Assembly (NCBI RefSeq): GCF_006345805.1
Contig: NC_043004.1
Coordinates: forward strand, 70,432,001-70,496,000
DNA length: 64,000 bases
Direction of reading: 5' to 3'
DNA from: Octopus sinensis
Lineage: Eukaryota
Position 1 is the stretch's first letter. Every line of letters starts with the position of its first letter. Positions 12,876-24,401 of the stretch are shown here, one piece after another. The notes below the pieces were generated by a model. It was not told where the DNA came from. It did no database searches and worked only from the letters and a program-made list of their open reading frames with translations. The translations under genes and the position numbers were made by a program.

Positions 12876-13912
12876 TTTTTTAAAAATTCTATTTGGGGTT
12901 TATCATAAAGAAAGTGTTTATATAAACTAGCCCTGATTATACCAAAAAGGGAAGAATGATATTTGACAAGAAATCACAGCATTGGGTTAGATATATTACA
13001 AGCTGTCATACATGCAACAGGCAGAAAAATATTTAAACCAACCATATCTAGCCAAAATATTCCACCTGTTTTATGTTCAAGCCAGTCAGAACTGCCCTTT
13101 CACACATTCCCTGCAATCTCATTCTACATATAAACAGTCACAGCATCAAAATCTCGAGGATATGTGGTAATGCAGATTTAATCTGCACCTTGGGTAAGTG
13201 TCTTCTACAATAGCCTCGGGCCGACCAAAGCCTTGTGAGTGAATTTTGTAGACGGAAACTGAAAGAAGCCCATCGTGTATATGTGTATATATATATGTAT
13301 GTGCATGTATATGTTTGTATGCCTATATTTGTCCCCCCACCAACATCGCTTGACAACTGATGCTGGCGTGTTTACGTCCCCGTATTTTAGCAGTTCAGCA
13401 AAAGAGACCGATAGAATAAATACTAGGCTTATAAAGAATAAGTCCTGGGGTCGATTTGCTTGACTAAAGGTGGTGCTCCAGCATGGCCACAGTCAAATGA
13501 CGGAAACATGTAAAAGAGTAAGTAGGCATTATTTTTAACAGAATACTCTAAATGCTAAAGGCTTAACTCATCAAAATATTAAAGACACTTTGTAAGATGT
13601 TATATTCTAATATCAGTTCAACACAATTTCTTTCATCCAAAATAAATATAAAGGAAAAAATGCCTGAACTATTTTATTAAAAAAGTGATTTGGTTTCAAA
13701 ATAGAAAGTGACTTTTGCACCACCCTATATAAACAATAACACAATACCATACATATAACTCCATAGACCTGTCTATATATATATTATGTGTGTGTGCATG
13801 TGTGTATTATCTATGTATGTATATGTATATATGTCTGGTGTGTATAATGTATATATATATATATATGTATATGTGTGTGCATATGTGTGTGTATATATAT
13901 ATATATATATAT

Positions 13913-14034
13913 AACATTATTGGTGAATTGAAGAAATGGAGCTGAACGCAGATTGAACAGAAATTGTTTTATTAATAAAACGATTTCTGTTCAATCTGCG
14001 TTCAGCTCCATTTCTTCAATTCACCAATAATGTT
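13913..14034. repeat. 122-bp near-perfect loopless palindrome
   Basis: AACATTATTGGTGAATTGAAG...TTTTATT|AATAAAA...CTTCAATTCACCAATAATGTT, with one mismatch. Confidence 0.95.
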
Positions 14035-14229
14035 TTAATTTCAATTATCCGCACCAACGCACGGTTGCAACACCATATGGTTGTACCTCCAACCGTGCTG
14101 TTTACTGCTGTGATTTTTGCTACTAAGGTATCGGTTAAACTTTTGATTAATCTACTACAAGATTATTCATCTTTCTATTTCACATATATATATATATATT
14201 ATATATATATATATATATACATATATATT

Positions 14230-14260
<31 letters not shown>

Positions 14261-14947
14261 AAATATATATACACACAGATAAAATAACTTGCATGTGAAC
14301 ATAAACACATGTATGCACAAAGATGTCAACAGGTACACAATCACACAATTATACACAAAGGAAAACTATGCAGACCCACACAATTCCAGACACAAACACT
14401 CTTACAGCAAAATCTCAATGGATAGGAGAAACAATCCCCACATGTTTCATGAAAAGCAGAGAAAAGAAGCAATACTTGATGAAATCGTTCCTAAATATTT
14501 TTGTGCATGTGTATGTGTGTGTCTGTGTGTCTGTGTGTGTTTGTGTATACACTAATGTTAGTTAAAGTTGATATATATATATATATATATTGTAGGTAGT
14601 GTAGAATGTCTGTCATGTTTTCAGATGCGGATTCATATCCTACTGGCAGCCTTAACTCTTTTTATCCAAAGGATTTTTAAAATTTAATATTTATAGCTTT
14701 ATCCACTTTTTTCACAATTCCAAAAGTGTCACATACATACATACAGATCATCACCATCATCACCATCAGTTGGTATGGGTTGGACGGTTTGACAGAAGCT
14801 GGTAAAGGCCACAGTCCAGCACCAGGCACCATTGTCTGTTTTGGTATAGTTTCTACGGCTAGATGCCCTTCCTAATGCCAACCACTTTACAAAGCGTACT
14901 GGGTAATTTTTACATGGCACAAGTACTTGTGCTTTTTATATGGCATA

Positions 14948-15336
14948 TCTTTATATATAAAAGTGAGGTTGTGTCTCCTACGATTTAGATTCCTAACTAC
15001 TCCCACATTTTGCGGTGCAGTTTAACCAAAACCGGGCATCTTATAGTCGTGATTCATATCGAACCCTTCTGGGTATTAGCGCGTGTCCACGATGAGTCTA
15101 CGATTTAAAAAAAAATTTACCATCAATTTTTCCCGTTTTTAATGCATTTTTGGCATATATAAGGGAAGTAACTCTCTAAAAATTTATTATTAAATCTCAG
15201 AACGTAAAAAGCTACAGTAACACCCCCCCCCTTTGTGGTTAGCCATATTGAGATGGCTATTATACTTAACATCTCTAAAAATGCTTATATAGTTATTTCC
15301 CTTACAAACCCGAGCAACGCCGGGCGATACTGCTAG
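14948..15336 (+). mobile_element. Non-autonomous Helitron
   Basis: A|TCTTTATATATAAAAG 5' end; CCCGAGCAACGCCGGG hairpin followed by CTAG|T at the 3' end. Confidence 0.85.
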
Positions 15337-17204
15337 TTTAATATACAGAGGCCACCAAATAATGCATACACACTTCAGGAAAAGAAAAATCTTCATAAAC
15401 GTTTAACTCCTATAAGTACCCCTATAAATAGAGATACCTCTTTCGATGCTTTATCAAATTGTGATTACACTGAATAAATTATAACAACACTGAATTAAAA
15501 TATTTATAGAGATTTTTACTTTTCTCAAGTGTGCATACATTTTTTTTGGAAAGACTCTGTATGTGTGCACACACACACATATGCACACACACGAACCCAC
15601 ATCTGAAAGCATGGCAGACATTCTATGATGTCTACAAAATATATATATATATATATAAACTTTAGCTAATGTAACAGTGTATACATAAACACATATGCAC
15701 ACAGATATGTACGCGCACAGACACACACACACACACATGCATAATTCATATGTTGAATAGTTATAGTATTGCTTCCTTATCGACATGAAACCCAGGGTCC
15801 CATCATGACCATACATAAATTGCTAAAACTCTACTTCCAGTATTGAGTACTCTTTCTTTCATTTGCTACTTTGCTTTGCTACAACTAACACACACACACA
15901 CACACAGCTCCAGCTTCTTTAAATTGTCATGTTTTCAATAAAAATTCAGTTATTTCTATCTTGTTATGATGAAGTTGTTGCATTTCCGTGATTGCTGGCA
16001 TTGTGGTTGTTGTTGTTGTTGCTTCAGTACATTTATTTTAATTTTTGCTTAGCAATTAAGCAAAAAAACACCACCAACAACAACAACAATATTTATGCTT
16101 CTTCACCTACTTTTATATATATATATATATATACATATATATTTATATATATTGGTTCTATTTCTCTTCTCTTCTATATCACATTTCTTTAACAATCAGC
16201 AGGAAATAAAATTAAATAAATAAATATATCAGGTGAAACTGAAGGTATTTATTTATTTATTTGTCTGTTTATTTGTCTGTCTGTTTGTCTGTTTTGGCAT
16301 TCCTGAAATTCCACACAAAATCAATGTTTCTGAAGAGTTTCAGTCGTGTTCAATACTCTAGATCAACAGGCAACTCTCACAGATTGATTAATCTCCATGA
16401 TGCAGGTGATTGCAATAACAATGACGATGATGATGACGACGACGACGACGATGATGATGATGATGATGATTGAAGATGACAGATAGCTAAATTAATAGAT
16501 GGGTACATGGACAGCTATATACATATCGCTTTTAACGTTTTAATGGTTTAACATCTGCTTTTCCATGTCTGCATGGGTCAGATGGCATTATGCATTAAGT
16601 TAGATTTTCTATGGCCAGTTGTCACTGTTCAGGTGAGGTCTTATTCATTCATGTGGCTGTGTGGTAAGTAGCTTGTTTACCAACCACATGGTTCTGGGTT
16701 CAATCCCACTGTGTGGCATCTTGGGCAAGTGTCTTCTGCTATAGCCCCGGGCCGACCAATGCCTTGTGAGTGGATTTGGTAGACGGAAAACTGAAAGAAG
16801 CCCATCGAATATATCTATATATATATATGTATGTATGTGTGTTTGTGTGTCTGTGTTTGTCCCCCTAGCATTGCTTGACAACCGATGCTGGTGTGTTTAT
16901 GTCCCCGTCACTTAGCGGTTCGGCAAAAAGAGACCGATAGAATAAGAACTGGGCTTACAAAGAATAAGTCCCAGGGTCGAGTTGCTCGATTAAAGGCGGT
17001 GCTCCAGCATGGCCACAGTCAAATGACTGAAACAAGTAAAAGAGTAAAGAGTAATATATACACACATGTATATATATATTAGTGTGTGGAGTACTGTAAA
17101 ACATGCTACTAGGAGATATCCATATGATTCTTCTAATCATTATGGATGTATTTTAATGATAACCTCACTACTACCATCATAAAGGTGTGGGTGTATTATT
17201 ATCC

Positions 17205-17564
17205 TTATTACCTCTGCCTTAGCAAAGGTGGAGGTATTGTTTTCAGTTGTGTTTGTTTGTCCGTGGACAAGATATCCCAAGAACGGCTGGATGGATTTGG
17301 ATGAAACTTTCAGGGATAATTGGCCTCATAACTGGCACAAACTGATTAGATTTGGGGATTGATCCAACACTGGACAAGGATTCTGGCTTATTTTTCCAGT
17401 TTTTTTGCTTAATTTTTGAGAGCAGTCAGGTTCATGTTTTAGTATTCTCATTTGTGAGAGCAGTCAAGTTTATTTCAGTTATTCTCATTTTAAAAATCAT
17501 CTCTGGCTAATCCTTGAGAGGATGTTGGTGTTGCCTTGGCAGAGGTTTGCGGTCTCCAATTGCT
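17205..17564 (+). mobile_element. Helentron/HINE-like non-autonomous element
   Basis: 5' TTATTACCTCTGCC...GGTGGAGGT palindromic subTIR; 3' CCTTGGCAGAGGT followed by GCGGTCTCCAATTGC. Confidence 0.65.
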
Positions 17565-17570
17565 GTTGTG

Positions 17571-17614
<44 letters not shown>

Positions 17615-17616
<2 letters not shown>

Positions 17617-17900
17617 CGTTGCCAGCCTCGCCTGGTCCCCGTGCCGGTGGCACATAAAAAGCACCATCCGTTTGTGGCCGTTTGCCAGTTCTGTCTGGCA
17701 CCAGTGCGGGTGGCACGTAAAAAGCACCCACTACACTCACGGAGTGGTTGGCGTTAGGAAGGGCATCCAGCCGTAGAAACACTGCCAGATCTGACTAGGC
17801 CTGATGAAGCCTTCCGGCTTCACAGACCCCGGTTGAACCGTCCAACCCATGCTAGCATGGAAAACGGACGCTAAACGATGATGATGATGATGATGATTAT
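17615..17900 (+). mobile_element. RTE-3'UTR-derived short element; further copies at about 14750-14945, 18275-18400, 35527-35850, 50150-50530, 53420-53570, 59900-60115 and 60790-61330
   Basis: Shared GGTTGGCRTTAGGAAGGGCATCCAGCYGTAGAAAC...CCAACCCATGCYAGCATGGAAA-(GAT)n sequence. Confidence 0.8.
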
Positions 17901-18406
17901 TATTATTATTATTATCATTATTCAAATGGCAAACTGACAGGATCATTTACATATCATACAAAGTGCTTAGCAGCAATTCCTTCTGAGTTCAAATACTAGT
18001 AAAGTCAACTCTGCTTTTTAATCTTTCATGGCCAATAAAATAAAGTATCAGGTAAGCACTGGGGCTGGCATAATTGATTTATCTTGTTCCCTAAAATTAG
18101 ATGATATCGTGTGAAAATTAGAAAGAATTGTTTTTTGCCCCGCCCTGTCACATTCTCTCTGTCTGGTCTGTCTGTCTGTCTCTCTCTCCATCTGAGGTAG
18201 CCATGTCTTTCTCCTGGTGCAAAACACCCTTTTCTGCTCCTCAATATTATTCCCCCCACCCCAACTGAGGGGTTCTGTCCTGCCACTTACTCAGTGACCT
18301 CACTACTGCTGTGGATGCCATGTAAAAAGTAACCAGTACACTCTGTGAAGTAGTTGGCATCAAGAAAAGCATCCAGCTGTAGAAGCCATGCCGAAGCACA
18401 CAACAG

Positions 18407-18492
18407 GCATATGGCATTGTGGTTAAGAGCACGGGCTACTAACCCCAAGATTCTGAGTTCAATTCCAGGCAGTGGCCTGAATAATAATAATG

Positions 18493-18524
<32 letters not shown>

Positions 18525-18645
18525 CAGGAATGAGAACCAAGGTTCGAAATTTTCCAAAGATGCCTGATGAAGGCTGGAAGGTATATCAGCCGAAACGTGT
18601 TAGCAACAAACAAGATGAGGACAAATATCCGTCAAATGTAAATAA
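18407..18645 (+). mobile_element. Short element: tRNA-like head + (AAT)n + Penelope-type hammerhead-motif tail; copies 11074-11200 (-), 11215-11320 (+), 23476-23658 (-), 37645-37905 (-), 37903-38018 (+, truncated)
   Basis: Head TGGCATTGTGGTTAAGAGC...GAGTTCAATTCC. Tail GAATGAGAACC...CTGATGAAGGCTG...CAGCCGAAAC...ACAAACAAGATGAGGAC is shared by the five copies that reach the tail. Confidence 0.8.
18560..18600 (+). ncRNA. Minimal hammerhead ribozyme-like motif (degenerate copy)
   Basis: CTGATGA (18564-18570), A, GGCTG/CAGCC stem II, GAAAC GT. Cross-copy consensus: ACAC-CTGATGA-A-GGCTG-N10-CAGCC-GAA-ACGT-T-GTGT. Confidence 0.6.
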
Positions 18646-19203
18646 AGTGTTTCATGCTGTTCTGTCTGTCAAACTGTCAAACCCATGCCAGTATGGAAAA
18701 AAGACATTAAATGGGTGTCAGATTTTAGTACAAGGCCAGCAATTTTGGTGGTCATGAGGCAAGTTGATTACATCAACACAGTGCTTAGATGCTGCTTAAT
18801 TTACCGACCTCAACAGTATTTGAACCCAGAAAATAAGGATGGATGAAATGCTGTTAAGCATTTTGCCTAGCATGCTACCACTTCTACCAGATCCCCATCT
18901 TGGAAAATAAACAAAACAGGTTGCCCTTAAGTAGAGAGCAATGCCCATATGTGTTAGAAAGATCAAATGATCGCTTCCATCTTTGTCAAGGGGAGTGCTA
19001 ACTGTCATGATGGTGGTCATGGTGATGATGATGATGATGATGTGTGCTTTCATTTTGCCATGAAATTTAGTTCAGTGCATCTTGGGTATGTTCAACGTTA
19101 CAATTTGGTTTTACATTTTCTGGTGTATTGAAAAATACTCTATGTAATGTCTATGCAATGTCTAATAGTGATATCTTCTATAGGTTGTATATATATTATA
19201 TGC

Positions 19204-19247
<44 letters not shown>

Positions 19248-20645
19248 GTATAAGTCCTGGGGTTTCGGCTAAGTATTTATCTGAATCTTTTTTTAATCAT
19301 TACCAAGGCATCTATAGGGAAAGATAAAAAAACTATCTGCATCATCATCATCATTGTTGTCGTCATCACCATCACAACCACCACCTACATCACTACCACT
19401 ACTGCCACTATCATCATCATCATTATCATCATCATCACTACTGCTATTGTTGTTGCTTTATTTCTTTACACATAAACAAGAAAATTGCTTATATGATTGA
19501 TTTCCTGAACAGTGCCACAAGAACATTAGCTAATATTTTTGTGTATGTGTGTGTATATATATATATATATTTACACATTTACATATATATGTACGTATGC
19601 ATGTATGTATGTATATATATGTGTATGTATAATTATGTGTGTGTGTGTGTTCATACATGCATATATGTATGCATATAACTATGTATCTATAGATCTATGC
19701 ACTCAGCATGCAAAAATGCTAACAAGATAAAGAATGTGAACAAATGTAATAATTTTTAATCTTCTTTCATGTTGAAACTGTGAATATACATACATACATG
19801 CATATGCATGCATGTATGCATGTATGTATGTATGTATGTATGTATGTATGAGTGTGCGTATGTGTGTGGGGTGCATGTGTCTGTATACATATATATGTAG
19901 AGAAAAGACATTTAATAACATTACAAAATTAGAAAGAAGTAGTCTTTGACATGTTTCCTTACAGAAGTAGGTTACTCTGAACAGACCTCACACACACACA
20001 CACACAAACCCACACACGTACATACACACATATTCGAATACACAGTACTAGTTTTTGCATGAACACTTCATGTTCCTTCGGTTCATTAGGGTTGGAAAGG
20101 TATACATATTTCAGCACATTTTTAACCCCATCTCAACACCCACACATGGAAGAGTCCCACATACGTAATATTGTACATTGAGAAACTTTGATTAACTCAG
20201 ATTATCCGTGTAATTATAAGACAAAAATCCCTCTCTCTGTTCTGATTAAGTGAAGGTGTGTGACTTAGTGGTTAGGATATTCAGCTTATGATCGTAAGGT
20301 AATGAGTTCAATTCTTGGCAACGTCTTGTGTCCTTGAGCAAGACACCTTATTTCATGTTACTTCAGTCCACTCAGCTGGCAAAAATGAGTAGTACCTGTA
20401 TTTCAAAGGGTTAGCCTTGTTACACTCTGCATTTTGCTGAATATCTCTGAGAACTACGTTAAGTGCTCAGCCACTAGCATGTTAATTTCATAAGCAGGCT
20501 GTTCCATTGATCGGATCAACTGGAACCGTTGTCATCGTAATTGACGGAGTGCCAATCAGTTATGTTCTGATTAATTTCTAAAATAATGAAAGGTTAGAGT
20601 GATCTAGTAAAACACCTTAATTCTTCCTTATAAATGTTGGACATA

Positions 20646-21362
20646 AGAAGTATCAGATGTGGCGTGCAAGAGAGACATTTGCATTGGTATGCTCATGTAC
20701 TATGGATGGAGGAGGAGATCTGTGTGAAGTAGTGCCACTCCCAAACAGTGGAAGGAATCTGGGGTAGAGACTCAGGAAGACATGGGATGAGGTGGTGAAG
20801 CATGAGCTTCGAACATTAGGCCTCACAGAGGCAATGACAAAAGACTGAGACCTTTGGAGATATGCTGTGACTGAGAAGCAAATAAAGTGAGTTCACAGCT
20901 GTAACCTACACCAGTGTTGCATAACCAGCCCACTCAAAAGTACCTTGGATCGTAGGGTGACATGCCATGCTTGAGGTGACCTATTGAGTCAAGTACATCA
21001 AAATCAAAATCAAATGGAAACTGTACTTGTAATCATCATGCCGGTGGCATGTAAAAAGCACCATCCGAACATGGCCAATGCCAGTGCTGCCTTGACTGGC
21101 TTCCATGCCAGTGACACACAAAAAGCACCAACTGATTGTGGTTGTTGCCAGACCCCTCTGTCCCCTGTGCCAGTGGAACATAAAAAGCATCCACTACACT
21201 CTCGGAGCGGTTGGCATTAGGAAGGGAATCCAGCTGTAGAAACACTGCCAGATCAGTCTGGAACCTGGTGCAGCCTCCTGGCTTCCCAGACCCCAGTTGA
21301 ACTGTCCAACCCATGCCAGCATGGAAAACAGATGTTAAACGATGATGATGATGATGATGATG
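20646..21362 (+). mobile_element. RTE LINE 3' fragment (decayed ORF2 C-terminus, 3'UTR, (GAT)n tail)
   Basis: RSIRCGVQERHLHWYAHV matches the element at 56.6 kb; shares the AGGAAGGG-ATCCAGCTGTAGAAAC 3'UTR. Confidence 0.85.
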
Positions 21363-23819
21363 AAATCTAGCGTCAGAAAAATACCAAAATATTCTTAGAT
21401 AACATTATAAAAGAAGCTTATGATTTCAATATGAATGCATGTACATTTTAGAACATGAGGCATTTTTTAATCATAGAACTAACGATAGTCTCAGGTATGT
21501 TGGCATTAGAAGGTTAAATATCTAAAAGGAATAATAATATAACGAGAAAGGAAAATAACCCTGTCAATATCAGCTGATTGAAATTTTTTTGAAAATATAG
21601 ACAATGCAGTAAGGAGTGCATCCTGTATTTAAATCCATTTGGTGAAAGTAACAGGCATGTTTTAGTCTTCTTAGATATCTTCAGTGAAGCATATCCAGCA
21701 CAAATGGTAAACCTTAGAAGTAATTAGTAATTATGGAAATAAAAGGATGTCTGTCACTTCTTTTCCTCCTCCTCCTCCTCCTTCTTCTTCTCCTTCTGTC
21801 TTTCTCTCTCTCTCTCCCTCTATGTGCCACCCCCCCCTCGGTCCTCCTTGACAGATTCTGAAGATCTATGATTTTTAAGGAGGAGAGATAACATCAGTGG
21901 TTTCTCATTGCTTTCTACTGATTTATTTATAGTTTATTTTGTCCCCTGCTCTCCTGGGGCATAATCTCAAGGCACAGACTTTATTTGACCTTTAGGCAAG
22001 GTGACTGGATCAAGTGACATCAGTCACAAACCCACACACTGGTGGGTTTTGTGAAGCATAGCTAGGAGCCAGCCTTTTCCAATGCTCTGTATGAGCCCCA
22101 TCTCTATATGCCTTAAGACCATCTTCTGCAATTTCACCCACAAGTAGAACTCTCAACAGGTACTTCACACAAAGCCAAAGTGAACCTGCAAATAGTGGGG
22201 ACTAACAAGGAATTCCATAACTCCCACCAGAATCAGTTTAATACCATACTCAGAACAGTAGGTGGGAACAGGAAGTGTTGACGCTAGTTATGAATACAAA
22301 CAAACACGAATCATGTATACTAATTACGAGAGGAAATATCTCTGATGGTTTCCCATAAAAATGTTCAATATTTCTTGACTGCAAAGTCTGGCTTGGTTTG
22401 TTGTTTGTCACCAAACTGAATCAAAAGTGATTGTTGAGTGAATCTATGTTGAATAGAGTGTAAAAAAGAGGAACAATTCCATCAATCCGACACACTGGAA
22501 TGGTACTAAAGTATTGCTTTATCATAGAACCCAGAAGCACAAAAGGCAGGTTTGACTTTGGTAGGATTAGAACTCAAAGCATAGATAGCTGAAAGAAATG
22601 CTGCAATGAATTTTGTCCATTGCTCTGGCAATAAATCCAATGTACCATCCTCTACTGAAACTGGTACTTATTTTGTTAACCCCAGGGAAATGAAAGTAAA
22701 GCTAACCCTAACAGGGCCTCAATTCAGACCATAAAGAGCCAGATCAAATACCACAAGGCATTTTGCATAACAATTTTGTCAGTTTACTACCTTATATTAT
22801 TAAAAAAACATTTAAAAAACATCTATCTGTCTGTCTGTCTGTCTGTCTGTCTGTCGTCTGTCTGTCTGTCTTTCTTTCTTTCTTTCTTTATTTATTTATT
22901 TATTTATCTATTTATATCTTCCTTTCTTTTTATAGTTGGAAGAGTATCAGACATTTAAAGAGACCTTATATTCACACACAAACACACACACACACACATA
23001 TGTATGCATGTATGTATGTATATATATAAACACATACACACATGTATGTTTGTATGTATGATATGTATGTATGTATACACATGCATACATAGGCACGCAC
23101 GCACACACACACACACACACACACACAAAGTGCTTCTTTCACTTTTTATCTATCATATCCAATCACAAGGCATTGATCAGCCTAGGGCTATAGTAGAAGA
23201 TATTTGCCTCAGTAAACTCTGTCCAACCCATGCAACCATGGAAAAGTGGACATTAAAACAATGATGATAGTGATTAAGTATGGTTTGGAGAATATTTGGC
23301 TGCTATTGCTAGCAGATTGATTGATCACATACAGGTTGCCTTGGAGGCATTCATATTGTTATTTTTATTGCTTTATCATTGTTGCTGTTGTCATAAGATA
23401 AGTTACTTAACTTAACTCGAATAAAATAACTGAAGCCATTTTAGGTTTCTTAGTACCCACAAGACAAATTTATAACATTATTTACATTTGACAGATATTT
23501 GTCCTCATCTTGTTTGTTGTTAACACATTTCAGCTGATATACCCTCCAGCCTTTACAAAGTGTCTTGGGGAAATTTCAAACCTGGGTTCTCATTCCTAAG
23601 GTATTTTTCAATGTTATTATTATTATTATTATTGTTATTGTTATTATTATTATTCAGGTGTGTGTGTGTTTTTGGTAACAGGTAGACGTGAGATATGCAG
23701 GGATATGGATCTACAGATGCAATATCCCTGCATATCTCATTTCTATTTTCATTCCTCCACTTCACTCTCTATTTCATATCTTATCTAAAATAACTTTTGC
23801 TTGACCATTTTCTCACACT

Positions 23820-23867
23820 GTCTCTGATGAAGGGATATGTAAAATATCCCAGAAACAGCTATGAGAC
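23820..23867 (+). ncRNA. Second hammerhead-like motif (different family)
   Basis: GTCT-CTGATGA-A-GGGATAT-gtaaa-ATATCCC-A-GAA-ACAGCTAT-G-AGAC: perfect 7-bp stem II, GTCT/AGAC stem I, near-palindromic stem III. Confidence 0.45.
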
Positions 23868-24082
23868 CTACTATTTATAAATGTTCCAAAATCTTTCATA
23901 GCCTTGGATTTTTATCTCATTCTGAAAATTTTTCTATATATACACATGCTGATATATGACCTACGTTGGACTCCTTATTCGCATAATCACCACACCTGGA
24001 GCTTAACTACAGCCTGTTCAAAGCACTTACTCAGCATTACCTGACACCTTTGAGTCTTATTGACACCATTACCTCTCATAAC

Positions 24083-24147
<65 letters not shown>

Positions 24148-24154
24148 ATATTTA

Positions 24155-24318
24155 TTTATAAGTAGTTAAGTCTATGTCCAGTTATAGATTGACCAATAGT
24201 TTCACATCCACAAAGGGCTTAGCCCCATGAACATTTCGTCAGAGTCTTATGAGACATTCATGGGGCAAAAGCCTTTGTGGATGCAAAATCATTGGATATA
24301 GACTTAACTACTTATAAA
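24155..24318. repeat. Imperfect palindrome (MITE-like)
   Basis: TTTATAAGTAGTTAAGTCTAT / ATAGACTTAACTACTTATAAA outer arms; CATCCACAAAGG / CCTTTGTGGATG and GCCCCATGAA / TTCATGGGGC inner arms. Confidence 0.85.
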
Positions 24319-24401
24319 TGCATTGCTGCTTTATGCTTCAGAGCACGCTTCATTTTTGGATATATAATACCTTGACGGTGTGTATACACATATATGTATG
24401 T

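Noticed and set aside
12398-12930. Poly-Asp/Asn/Gly ORF resembling an acidic biomineral protein
   Set aside because: It is a pure trinucleotide repeat open in several frames on both strands, with no splice or start context.
21476-21493. Plus-strand 18-nt microexon-like signal (CATAG|...CAG|GTATGT)
   Set aside because: No other plus-strand exons support a gene on that strand.
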